A stretch of DNA of 64,000 bases from Rhina ancylostomus (lineage: Eukaryota). Below the pieces are notes generated by a model. That model made no database searches and had not been told where the DNA came from. It saw nothing but the letters and a program-made list of their open reading frames with translations. Positions within the stretch are counted from its first letter, which is position 1, and each line of letters begins with the position of its first letter. This document shows, one piece after another, positions 10,491-23,989 of this stretch. A program made the translations under genes and the position numbers. Where the stretch lies: contig JARFYF010000055.1 of the NCBI GenBank assembly GCA_030265395.1, forward strand, positions 21,368,076 to 21,432,075, read 5' to 3'.

Positions 10491-12929
10491 ATTATGAATG
10501 CCACTGAAGATTCGACCTTGTGCACTCTCCCCTTCCCCTATTACGTTTCAGCCCCATGTGGTCAAACTGCAGCTTCTCAGAAAGTTGACTCTTTAATGGC
10601 TGTTTGTCTCCTGCTTTTGCTTTAGTTTGCATATGAGACATAACTGTGGGAAGTGTGCTGCAGGAGAAAAAGCCTTCAAATCTCCCGATTAAAACTCTAT
10701 GTTGAAGTACTTTGCAAGTTACCCAGCAAAAAGTATGCCACAGAAATGTCAACTCTATCCTATCAGTTTTCATTTCAAATCAAAATATAAGATTTAAAAT
10801 TAAAAATTTGAAAATTCCACACCATGTATTTAATTTAGCATTGAAAAATGATATAATCTTGCTTTTTAATTTAAAAGCAAACTAATAAAGATATTTGATC
10901 TTAAACCTTTTACACTTCTTTAAACTTCTCACAAATCACAGATTGCTTTATTTATAAAATCCTACTGTGAATGGTTACATAATCTTATGATAAATATTTA
11001 TGTTGGTTTATCAGCAATTTTATAGAATATTAAATGATTTAACAAGGTGACTCTTGAATTCAACAAAACAATCCTTTTAATTAACCAAAATAAATCCTAT
11101 GTGCAATGCAAAAGAGTTTTCAATAAGATAGCTTCAGCCAATGTAATGTAAGAATTCTAAGGGAAAACATGTGCATCCTTTTCAGTACAATCTTGCCATG
11201 GAAACACTAATCAACTCAAATTCCTTTTCTGTTTTGTCACATCCTGGGTGCCTCTCCATTCCTGCTTTGGCTTCCTTGTTTTGCTTCTCTCATCCTTTTA
11301 CAATGATACAACCACAGTGCTGAGGATAAACAGCAATCAGTCCACTAGTTTAAGAAAATATTGCCTCGTATATTCTTTTACAACATAATCAAAAAGTTTG
11401 TGCAGAACCTATGGAAATTCAAATATGATAATTGTCTGTACCCAGTGGAGTTCATGAAATAATATTATTCAAAGTCATAAGATATTCTTTATCTTTTCAA
11501 ACACTTCTTTGGTTTGGAGCACTTTCTCAAAACCATGCTTTTAGAAAGGGGGCATAAATGCTCAGTATTTACAGTCAACCTAGGGCCTGCACTTCAACAG
11601 CAATTTAATACAATTGTTTGCAGTCACTAAGATTTTCCCACAAAATCAAATGTTTACATTTATGAGTAAAGTACTATATTGACAGTAAATTTTCGAAATG
11701 AAAACATTTGCTCTTTTGCAGTGCACAGTCATTCCTCCAAAAATCCTTAGATTACAAATTATTCACTGATTTAAATCAAGGGGATTAAAATTAATCCTCT
11801 TATGGCTAAATCAATCTGTATGCTTCATTGCAGTGCTGTTTAACAAATGTTGTGATAGAATCAAGGTACAGGTGAATAAATTATTTATAAGTAATATGAT
11901 CAGCAAATTAACTAACAGGGTAACAAAACGGAGTTATGCTAAAATTGCATAAATTCCTGTTCTGGCTGCATTTAAGAGGACTGAGGAGCTCCAGTCTCTA
12001 TACTGTGTCAAAGAATCAGAAGGGAAATATGGAAAAAAAAAGTGTACCAAAGTCTCTTTCCAGACGATTATCCAAGCAACATAGATAAACAATAAACTGG
12101 TATCACAATGATTGATGATAATACTAATTATATGATCCACAGTTCTTTTATTACTTAATGGGTTTGAACAAATGTGCATAGGAAACTGTGTCAATTTCAG
12201 TCAATAAATCAAAAGAACTAATCTTATTTCCTCCATTCCTTGCTGCTCCCCTATCTGCATCTTTGTGCTGTTTTGAACTTGCTTTCATCTTTGTTTTTCT
12301 TTCATTTTCTTCTGCTAGTTCAATTGCTATTAAGTAATTCCATCCAAGAAAATAAAAATAATTTAAAAATTAAGCTTGCCTTTTATGGAACATGCTTTAT
12401 TGTACCCCCAATAAAAGTAGGTCATTTTTAAATTTGCAAAAATCTTTCATCTCTGAACAATTCCAGCCACTCTTAAAGAAAATTGAAATGCAGAATGATT
12501 AATAAAAAGAACTGGAGGCCAAGTGGATTACCACACTGTCCCTTCACATTCTGATATTTAATTTGTATTAATAAAATTTTAAAGAAAAAGAAAAACCAAC
12601 ATCTGTTTTTATTATTACCACATGTGGATAAAGGTTGCAAAACAAAATGCTATTTGGCAACCTCACGTGAAAAGCCCACAGAGTGGCTAACGTGGGAAAA
12701 GGTGAAGGATTCCCAGTGATGCAGGAAGTGTGTTCATCAGAAACAGGAGCCCTGGCTGAAAAATGCTGGAAAGAACTGGGGAGCATTACTGTTCATGACT
12801 GCAATATATATCCAGGCCGGGTNNNNNNNNNNNNNNNNNNNNNNNNNNNNNNNNNNNNNNNNNNNNNNNNNNNNNNNNNNNNNNNNNNNNNNNNNNNNNN
12901 NNNNNNNNNNNNNNNNNNNNNNGGGTACA

Positions 12930-12931
<2 letters not shown>

Positions 12932-12961
<30 letters not shown>
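12932..12961. repeat. (AC)15 microsatellite next to an assembly gap
   Basis: Read directly. Confidence 0.95.
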
Positions 12962-12963
<2 letters not shown>

Positions 12964-13899
12964 ATCTGATGACAAAAGCAGAAAATATGGTAAATTGTTC
13001 TGGTTTTGCATCACAACTTATATGCGCTTTTTTCAAAAAAACAAGCTAACACAAAATCGCCACTGGCAATAACAGCTTTAATTGTAGTCCTGACATAGTG
13101 TAAAAGTAGTTTTTGCACTTAAGAACAAGGAGGACAAGAAATAGAAAACAATAATGATTAATTATCTGTTCTATTAATCTGCTCTTTTGGTAAGCTGCTG
13201 CTTTTTTCCCCTGTGAACTCCCCCCTCCCTTCCCCAATTAGTGTGTGCTCAGTTTAACGTAACAGGTGGAAGATTTGATTGGTCAGCACAGAACATGGAG
13301 TTTATCCACAGATACTGAGGAAACAGGAGAGGTCCGAGTCTTGTCCCCTTCTTAGGTAGAAATATCTTATTACCAGGTCCTAAAATTAACCATTTGACTT
13401 GAGGCTTCAATGTCCAAAGCAAGCATAATTGCCCTATTTAAATTTCACATACGCCAATTAAGGCAGAATATTACATAACTATTAATTTTTCTGTTGTTTG
13501 ATATGTCTGAGAGTAATTTTAAAGATCCTTCAGAAGATACATTGCATAGAATTGTATTTTTATGTTGCTGCCAAAAGATACAGCTAATTTGTTTAAAACT
13601 AATAAATATCTTTTGATGCTTTTTAATTGATTGAGTTTGCTTAAGTCTGTTAAATTATATTTGGGGTTTTTAAACAGTTTCAATTGCTTTGGTTTCTAAC
13701 AAAAAAATTAATAATTCGATTAACTTTTTTGTTATGGAATGCCTTTGAAGATTTCCAAATGTTGGAAACATTCAGAAACACTCAACGTGCTTTGATAATN
13801 NNNNNNNNNNNNNNNNNNNNNNNNNNNNNNNNNNNNNNNNNNNNNNNNNNNNNNNNNNNNNNNNNNNNNNNNNNNNNNNNNNNNNNNNNNNNNNNNNNN

Positions 13900-14077
13900 C
13901 ACACCCATCAGGCAGAAGTCACTAGATCAGGAATGGTATGTCAGTGATTTCTGCCTTCCTACATTTCTGAGACCTAGATAACTTACTACTATCTTGCAAA
14001 ATCCTCCAAATTCACTGGAAGGACAAGCGGATCAATATCAATGTCTTCTCCCAGACCAACACCCGTGGTACTGAAGC

Positions 14078-14116
<39 letters not shown>

Positions 14117-14520
14117 CAGGTACTGAAGCCCTATTTACAATTAGATGGCTATGTTAGGCAGGTCATGCTGTTTGCATTCTGACACTACATTTCTGAAACA
14201 GATACCCTACTCCAAAAGAAATTACAAGGTAGGCAGAGGAAACAATTCATAGATGTCCTCATAGCCTCCTTCAAGAAATGCAACATTTCCATTGTTTCTT
14301 GGGAGTCTCTCGGCAATGGATTCTTACAGTGTAGGAGGAGTAAACTGGATAGTACTGAGGACGTCAAGGCCACACACAGGGAATACACAGAGGAAGGAGG
14401 AATAGATTACCTTACAAACCACCCACCCAATCACTTGCCTATCCTGTTGGCCTCGAACTACCCCCATCTGTAGAAGAGTCCCTGGATCCCACATTATGGG
14501 TTCTGAGGTGGCTAATAAGG
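13900..14520 (+). mobile_element. RTE-clade LINE 3' fragment (decayed), interrupted by (CA)n
   Basis: ILQIHWKDKRINI, LRWL.(HA), GRQRKQFIDVLIASFKKCNI...SWESL remnants typical of the RTE ORF C-terminus. Confidence 0.7.
14078..14118. repeat. (CA)n tract flanked by direct repeat GGTACTGAAGC
   Basis: ggtactgaagc at 14067-14077 and 14119-14129. Confidence 0.9.
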
Positions 14521-17338
14521 CCAAAGTAGAATTAAGTCATCCTCAATCAAGAGGGATTGCTGCAGAAGAAATGGGAAGCACAGCAAATGTTTATTTTCCT
14601 AAGGATTCCACAGCTAATTGCAGAGTCAAATGATGCCCCCAAGATAAGGATTGGGATATGATCTCGGGTCTTTTGCACCTGCATTGTTTGGTGCTACACT
14701 AATGACTATTTATTTACTAAGTTATTGAATGAAATACAGATAACTCTTTCCTAACAGCACACTGGGTGAGATTTTGAAAAGGACCATTCGAACTAATGAC
14801 TTGATAGGTTTTTGGCAATAAAAGCAAAATAAGACTCTCTTCATTTATTGGGACATATAAAGCACTGCTAGCAAGTTGTTTCAATGGAGAAGATAATCCA
14901 TGTTAACTTAAATTTACAATAATGTTTGTTCAATATTTTCTTGGCCTTTCTACTTTGCTTATTAGTGGTTTGACATGTTGCAATCTGCGTTCTTCAATGC
15001 AATTACCTCCCTGGTTCGAAGTGCACACAAAAGTTACCATGTCTGGATTCAAGAATTTTCAACAGTTTCATGGAAATTAGAATACCACAGCATTGCTTTT
15101 TTGTCTGCCAGTTGGTAATTTAATCCACCAAGAGGGGGTGGGGATATTGGACTCGTAAGCAGGCAGAGTCTGTCATGCAGAATAACACATTAACACCACG
15201 ACTTGAGGAAAGGTCAACAAGAGTACACCTTGGCACCTTAACTTATTAATAGCCGGCTCCAAATTTTAGCAGCATATTGCCTCAAAACCACCATTTATTG
15301 ATGCATTTTAGACTTAAAAGAATTTGAAATATAAAAAACTATCTTTAGAAGAACACTACCCTAAAAAATGTATTTTAGTAGGGACTAATATATCATAACC
15401 TTGCAATTAACTTTAGAAGCAGCCATGCAAAAAAAGTCATTAATTTGTTCACCATAAGCAGTGAAACCAGGTGTACAACTGATGAGGTCAGAATGCGTCT
15501 TGCTTTTAGCACATTCTACAACCAGATAGTTCTGTGTATTCAGAATAACCTTAAATGCAGAAAAGCTATTATATCCATGTTTATTCTATAACATGATGTT
15601 CTCAAAAGGAGATTATTGACACAGTTAAAAATTGGACTGTTAAGTTATACATACCCAGTACTTGAAAAGTAGGGACAATAGCAAGTTAGTTTCTAAATGC
15701 TAATTTCAACTCAGTCAATATGACTTGCATTACACACAGCACTGAAACAGCAATGGTACTTTGAATGTGCTGAGAAAATGTCATCCATAATTAATCTTAT
15801 AAATATTGGTCTGCAAAAACTGCTGGTCACTTTTCCATATCAAGACAATCTTTAAAGGATAATATTTTGAGGTGATTATTACCACCAGGCTCAGATATGT
15901 ACAATTTTATATACAAAGAAAGATTATCACTGGATTAAGAATTGTATGATAAAAGCAAAATGGTTAAATTGGGAACAGTTTTTGTTTGAGCAATTCTCCT
16001 TCAGCTGCAAACTCTACATTATGCAGTGGAAATTAGTTGCAATAACAACATGGGGAACTGCTGATCATGGGAAGTGTCTGATGCATTATAAAACAAACTG
16101 AAGCCTTTCAACAGTTAGTCAACATCATCGCTCAATGAAGCATCAAAATCAGTGCAATGAGCACATCAAAGAAATGTATTATATTTTAAGCAATGGCAGT
16201 CGGTCAGAATTTCATATTTTAAGGTGCTCTTGAAAAATCTGATGGGTATGTATTTTCTGATTCATGATGTAAAAAAATACTTTGCATTGCTATTTCTAAC
16301 CACAGCAGCCAATCTATAAAAAGTTAGGTATCAGATGCTTATAGGCTGAATGCGATTCTGCGCAATGCCTCTAAAAAGAGGTTTAGAATGGTGAGTTAAT
16401 CTTTCACTGACCTGCCCAGGGTTCAGAAACCAAAGCCATACTATAAATGCTCTCTTTTAGTGATAGTTTAAATGATTAGTGATGTTGCATTGTCCTGCTG
16501 TTTTTTTCCTGAACACTAGAACAATGAGATATTAGCACAACAATAATAGTAACAAAATGAATCTGGAGGTACCACCTAATTAGAACTCCTATCCCAGACT
16601 GTAGTGCTATTCTGATTTTTCATGAACCCTGTTCCTATTTTAATTCTCAGTTTATATATCATTGAAAAAAATCTGCTGCCTTTCAGCAATGCTAAATATA
16701 TTAGATGTAGAATGTTTATGCATCTTGTTCATGTACAAGAATTTCAGTGTCTTCTTAGTACAGTAAACAGATGTCTTTGATAGGAGAACCAGAGAGGAGT
16801 GTACAGAAGTGTGTCCCAAACTTCCACTTTAAATTTTTGTGAATCTATTTTATTAACTATTACAATATCAGATGATGAAATCTTGCAGAAAACCTGAATG
16901 AAAGGTTACATTTCTTGATATTAAAATTCCACCTTCCACTCACACATACTAATTGGTAAACTGAGACGCATCACTTGCATTGCCCACTTTGAAATCATAG
17001 TTGCTTATTTGTGTGACAGTTATACTTCAGTGTTCCCTCAGACTGTTAAACATTACATCGTGTCGGGGTAATCGAAAGTAAGAGTTGCTCTCTTCACTTC
17101 AACAGCAAAAATGGCAATAATTTAACCACATAGTTTTAAAAACACAGAGTCAACTCCCTCTTTCAGTATGAGCAGCTATCAAAAATCTACCCTAAAAATG
17201 ATTTAGAACAGGTGAAATAGCAAATAAATTCCAAACCATAGTGAACATTTCAGCTCTGGAAATTTCATTTTTCCTTTGTGTGCACAGCCAAACATGGAAA
17301 AATACTGGGATAAGATCTAAAACAGAACTCTGTGCTGC

Positions 17339-17670
17339 ACAGCAGCACGTAGTGAGTAGAAATGTTAGCTCAAAGCTCCAGCAACCTGGCTTCGATCTTG
17401 ACCATGGGTGCTGTCTATGTGGAGTTTGCACACTTTCCCAATGACTGTAAGGGTTTCCATCGAGTGCTCTGGTTTCCTGTACAATTTGGTTGGTTAATTG
17501 GCCATGGTAATTTCCCTTTAGTATGCAGGTGAGTGGTAGAATTTGGGTGGATGGGAATGTACAGAGAATAAGTTAAGATTTGTGTAGGATTGGTATAACT
17601 GGATGCTTGCTGATCAGTGCAAACTTGGCAAGACAAAGGGCTGTTTCCATGCCCTATTACTCTAGAACTA
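17339..17670 (+). mobile_element. tRNA-derived V-SINE (HE1-like)
   Basis: B-box-like ggcttcgatctt, V-domain tgtggagtttgcac...gggtttcc...gtgctctggtttcct, CR1-like tail gggctgtttccatgc. Confidence 0.75.
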
Positions 17671-20600
17671 TTAAGCGATATAATGTACCAAGCCAGTGGT
17701 CAGACGCACGAAGGAAGTGAATACTAATCCAAACATTTAAAGGTTTGAAGATGACAAAATCTTCTGAGGAAGGAAGAGTACAGGGAGGTGAAAAAGTGTG
17801 GGTCAGGCCAAAATTTGTGGGATTGGGTTGGGTTGGTGGGCAGGTAACTGAAGCATGTTACCAGTAATAAAGGTTTGGTCTGAAGAAATTGACTGACATC
17901 CAGTCTTGAATCCTTCCAATTAAACATCTGAAAGACTGAAGTCACAGTCATTAGTGCATGCTCTGTACTATAAACATTAACTCCATCTCCCTGCTACATT
18001 ACATAGTTTTACTTGAGCCATGTTTCTAATCCATTCTTTTTCAAAGATTAAGACCAACCATTTGTATCTATTACCAACCTCCACTCTATGCTCATAGGGA
18101 GAACATGCAAACTTTATCCAAGGTCAGGATCAGAGTTCACGAGGTACTATTCAGGTGCATTTTTCATTAGTAATATGAAAGGTTGAGCACCTAAAATAAG
18201 AACACATGTACATACAGAAGAGAGGGGCAAGACTGAACCTTTGTATTGTCATATGTAGAGCTCCAATATTTTATATATATTTGTAATAAATATCTAAGAT
18301 GGCAGTTGGATGCATGCCATTTGATTGGGGATTTTAACATGCATTCAGATGTACTCTTATAAAGACTGAAGAACTAAAATATGCCAAAGCCCATGTGCAG
18401 AAACATTTATTGTGGAACATCTTAAATAAATAGACAAGTATTTAGCAGATGACTGGAATGATCTGAAGAAACATTACTATTTGGAAACAACCCATCTAAG
18501 TAGACTGCCAAAGCAGTTTAATCCTCTGCCTTGCAGAGTTTATGAGAAGTGACACCACAATACAGCAAATGTAGATAGTTTAACCTCAACTCTCATGGTG
18601 CTACATGGATGGCTGATCACTGATAATGCTGTCTGAATGCATCGCTGAACAACTTCACACAACAATAGTTACTGCTGTTATGAAGTTGCATTTGCAACTA
18701 GAACACCACTCCTACAATGCATCAATATGTCAAGGCAGTTATTTTCACAACATTTCTATTTATAAGCTGATATAGCTCTTGTGTACTGTTCTTCAGTTGA
18801 ATATTTGTGACACTATTAGCAAGTACAGTGATTTAAGACACATTTCTATGCCACAAATAATTAAACATAATGAGGAAATGTAACACATTATAAAATGCTC
18901 TGTTGGAAGCCACGCAAGTTACAAATCTATGTAAAATAACAGATTATTTGAAAAAGGATAAATTGTAGTAGGGCAATGCTTATGACTGCGATTTTGAGAT
19001 GGTTGACAGATTGATGTCTTCTGAAGATGTCTCTTCATAACAAGTTGTTATTTTATCTATTGCAACATAAAAGATAAGTATTCCTTTTCAAATTAATTTC
19101 TATGGTTAATATCAAATGAACCATGGATGGATTAATGAAATATTTATTCTTGTGGATCACTTAACTGACTATTCATTTATTTCCCTTTAATACAGTAGCA
19201 TTTTCTCAAGACAAAGTTATACAATGGGAATATTTTGCTTGTAACAGAGCTGAGACATGTTTATATGCAGCAATTATTTTAACAAGCAGTACTGTCACTT
19301 CCGGCACCAAATCTTTGATTAAGCGAGCAGTGAATACTAAGAAATAGAGGCCAAATTAAATTATGAAATTAAACTTTTTTGCAGTTCAATCACATGATTA
19401 TTTTTGATCAAAAAGCCTCTTGCAATTGTGAGTATTATTTCAAGATTGCCTTTCAGATGGGAAAAGGAATTATTATCAATCGATCATGAACTGAGATTGT
19501 TGAAACCTCAACCTGCTTTATGCACTGTCTGATGTAAACGTGTATGATTGATTTGTCTTGATTATATAATTGAGTGGTAATGCTTAGCTGTATCAAATGA
19601 AACTAGATATTTAAAATAACTGAATAATTTATTAACTTCTGTGTTGAGTCTAGACATTTTTTAAGCTTTCATTTTGGAAAGCAAAACACAAATGCAAGAT
19701 TTCCTTTCAGTTCAGTTATTAGTGCTCTGAATAGCTGCATCACATAGTCTGTGAAAGTCCCAATTTAATCTGTGCTCGGAAATAAGTTAGCAGATGTCAT
19801 CCAACTTATTGACAAAGTACCTACAACTGGGCTTGACTTGCATGGTTTAATGAAGGGAAAATAGACAGATAAAGATGCCCGAACCATAGTTATTTAGTGA
19901 TCTACAATGAGAACAAGTACATGGATGTCAGTCAAGATTGACAAATTAGTCAAGATTGTAATGCGCCATGTGCTTCAACGTCCTGCTAACAATCACTGTC
20001 TGGGCCTTACACTTGTGCAAGGCACTGAAGAGCAATTACACCTGTGGAAGCATTCCTCAGGGAATGCCTGTAGAAAAAGGGCAGAATAAGTCATGAGAAA
20101 AATAAAGCCAGTAAGGTGAAAATTAAAATGAGAAACCAACATAGGTTTTACATCACTTTAATCATGGATGCATTTAATTTAAAAAAAATTGACAGCCCAT
20201 TAAGGCGGCTGTTAAATGCTCTCTACTCTGCATCATTTCTTAAAAATAGCAAAGCCATGATATTCAAGCCCATGCTTCAATAGGGAGGGGTCCTGAGACA
20301 ACAGGCGTAGAGCTGTAGAACTCCAGACACTGACTGCTATGACAAGAATTGGGGAGGAACACAAATAGCTGAAGACAGGTGACAGATTCTACGTGCTATT
20401 TTAAAAGAGAATAACCAGCTAGCTCAGCCCAGCTGCTCATTAATGGAATTAGTGCAATTTACATTACTTGCAGGTAACTGGAAGCGTCTACAGTAATATG
20501 CATCATCCATTTTTTCCAAGTGATATATAAACAATGCCTTCAACTAAAGAATCTCAATAATGCATTAACAATTCTCACTTGAAATGTATACTATAATTAT

Positions 20601-23600
20601 TAGTATGGCACCTTTGAAGACATTTCTTATGCCCATTTAAACAAATGGCACAAACTGAAGAGGAGAGAGGTGGTTTACCAAAATATTACCTGGAATGAGG
20701 ATCCTCGGTTATGAATAATGGCTGGTAAGGTCAGGGTATAGAAGTTCTAAAACTCTAACAAAAGGTCAACATTTTTGTGATGCGATGGAACCATTTCTAT
20801 AAAGTAATTGGGAACTCCATGGATGCATTACTTGCTCACAGAAATTGTCGTGTAGTCCTCCGTGTGTATGACACATGAATACACACTGGGCAGTGACAAC
20901 AGTTCATGAGCAATGCATGAGTACCATTGCTTTACTACAATTTTTCTATTGCAAATCCATAGTTTTCAATTTTCATCTTAACAGTTGGCCTCCTGCAGAA
21001 ATTGAAGGCCAGCTCCTGCCTTAGTTAACAGGTCTGTTCCTGGGAGGCTGCTGTTGGGTTCAAAGTTAAATGACCTCAAGATGCTCCTCGTTCAAGGCGT
21101 TCACCCTTTTTCTGGCAGAAGCAAGGTGGTGGGCCCAACAACCATAATTCCTGCCCCAGGTGTTCACTTTTAGCAGAACGATGTAACCCTGGTCATTAGA
21201 GATATGCAGTACTTGTATGCATTAACTCTATTACCACTCGAGGGCAAATCTTCCCTGAAGCAGTTATATTAGTTCAAGTGGCAGTTGCCAGCTGTATGCA
21301 GATTCAAAATGTATTCTAGCCCAGTTCAGCTTACCTTGGAAAAGAGAGATCTAAACTGAGTTTGCAGGAAATATAGATATCAAGATCAAGAATATTTAAC
21401 TGAAAAGGTAGTTGAAGCTGATCCATAAATAAATTTAAAAGGGAATTTTAATAAGAAACATCCAAGGCAAGGAAGTAGGCTAAATAAAACTATTCCTACC
21501 AAGAACAAGCAATGGCAGAATGGATCAAGTGGTCTCCATCAATGCTCTAAGCTACTGTTTCAACAGAATTATGGAGAGTTATTAATAAGACCAATTCTAG
21601 CTTTTGCAATCACAGTTTCAGGATCATTTAGGGCCCAAGCAAAAGGCAATTACAAAAAAATGTCAGGAAAATATCTGATATCTTTTAAAATTCAGATTAA
21701 ATAATGTTAATAACTTGCTCTTACTTCCCCTACAAACTTGATACTGTATTTTATACACTCACTAACAACATATAGCTGAAAGGATAATGGGCCAGAGAAA
21801 AGGTAGTGAGATGCTGTTCGATCAGCAGAGATTCAGAGAGCTAAAAAGAGTCAGCATACTATTATTTTGCCCGTACTCAGGGAGAAAAAAGTGAGTTGGA
21901 TAAGTATGGGACTTAATGATGGCAATGCCAAACCCATCAAAAGGGAGGACCAGAGCAAGACCCTGGTTACCAAACAGCAAATAAAAACTCTGACCGCTAG
22001 TAAAATTATGCGTCTAGCTGCTGGAGCTTCAAAATATTCACATCGATAAACATGCAGAAGCCACAAATATCCCTAGCTTTAGAACATTTAAAATTAAAAT
22101 TTAAGAATATTTGCATAATCTAAAATAATTAAAGTTCAAATTAACCAATGGATAACTTATTCCTTTCATAGGTATACCTCTCCATTCAGATGAACTGAGA
22201 CACTGTTCCTGTACCAAGTCCAAGCTGGCGCAGGTTGCGCAAGTGGATTCTCCACCATTACGTGGTGGAGAGTTGCCATAACATTACATTCTGTTGCTGT
22301 ACTCCATGAGGAGTTCAGCATTTAAGTGTAATAGAAGATTCCCTGGCAAACAGCAGACAGCAGTTTGGGTCTACTGTGCAGGAATCCCAAACTATCTGGC
22401 ACTAACACAAGATAAAGCTACTAGCCAGGTAAAGAATTGCTGACCATTCCCTAGAAAATTCTCTGTAGTTTGCTGCATGAAAGATAAACTATTCTTTTCT
22501 TCATAAAGTTTTATCAATCCATTCACCAGATTATTGCAGGTTTGTGAGAAAAGCACGTGGAAGAGAGACATGATGTAATTTCGATCTAAAGGTGGTCTTA
22601 TTGTGTGTTTGCTAGTACATTACCATCTTATTAGATACTGGACAGCTGGGGAACATTCTGAACAGAAACGACTTATGGCAGTGATGAGCACCTGAAACCA
22701 TACCCCATCCCCCAAAATATAAGACAGACCCAAAGACTGTAACAATGATTTGTATTTTCAGCCCATTGCAATGGTTGGTGTACAACAGCCTTATCAAATA
22801 TTCTGGGAAAGAAGATCAAACTTTTCAGAAACTGCCATACAAATTTAATATTATTCTTTCTAAGAACAACCTATTTATACAATGTTTATTATGTACAGAG
22901 ACAAATCAGATCCTGAAAAGTTAGGGAAGGGTAATAACGTTAATTAAACCCGTCCTGTTTTTTTCTACTGTATGTGGCAATACACTGAAATACATTTTGT
23001 CATATCTGTTGCAAAAGGGACATGAAACTTTAATATCTTGTGGCGTAAGAAAGCTTTTGCATTTCTTGTGAAAACAGAAATTTTTACATTAACGTTCGTT
23101 AGAAGAAATGATTATCTGCAACACAACTACTTGAAACTTGGGAAATCCCAGTAATGTATGGGCAGAGTCTTGCTCACCCTGTTTCTCAAAATGATGAAAT
23201 ATCTACTTTTCAACCACAAATATTAGTTGCAATGCTTCTCCTCACATCAGATTTTTCAATGTAGACAGAGCATTGACAATGGATAGAAGGAGGTGCTAGT
23301 TGTAGCCTGTAGTCTTCTTGAAAATCTACTAGCCTCCTCCTCAGCATAAATATAAAAAGTAGTGCAGTTAAAGCCCTAGTTTATTTTTCAGAAATGGTTG
23401 TCCAACAGCATGGGCTGGAGAAGAAAATATGGTTTCACGGCAATTGGTTTTTATGGTAATTTTCAATATATTTTTCCCAGAAATGTTCTTTAAAGAAGTT
23501 TTCTTGCAGGTTGATTGTGATGGCCAAGATTTTAAACAGAGCCTGAACACGTTCCTAAAACAAGTTACTGCTCCATTAATCTGAATTAGTATTTCCTTCC

Positions 23601-23989
23601 AAGTGAGCTGAATGTTTGATATGTGAGAATATTTATTTGGGTGTTAGGTACAATTTTTCTTCTGAAATTTTTCAGGGCATGCTGCATTCTTCTGAGAGAA
23701 TAATTTGCTATGCTGCATCTGTGTCATAAGTATCACCTAGGACTCTGACAAGTGAAGCGTAAAGAGGCCCTTCTTAAACCTTGCAGCTTTTGCCAAAACT
23801 ATTTTGGTCAGGGTCCAAAAGTGGAAAACTTGTAGCAATCAGTCCATGTACTTCAGAATGGAAAGCTAGCTAGCAGAGTGTCTAATGAATACAAAAAACC
23901 ATTTTGACTCATGTATTTTTTTATTAATGTGATGTCAAGAATATAATTTCAGCACTGAAGACTGCAAATGCCTAAGTTCTGAAAGGCGA

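Noticed and set aside
12683-13072. ORFs containing X runs and THTHTH/CVCVCV
   Set aside because: Artefacts of N gaps and the (AC)n microsatellite
21329-21360. Strong minus-strand donor CAAG|GTAAGC with an AG 16 nt upstream (possible microexon)
   Set aside because: 16 nt would shift the frame, and it abuts a decayed CR1 fragment; no other support
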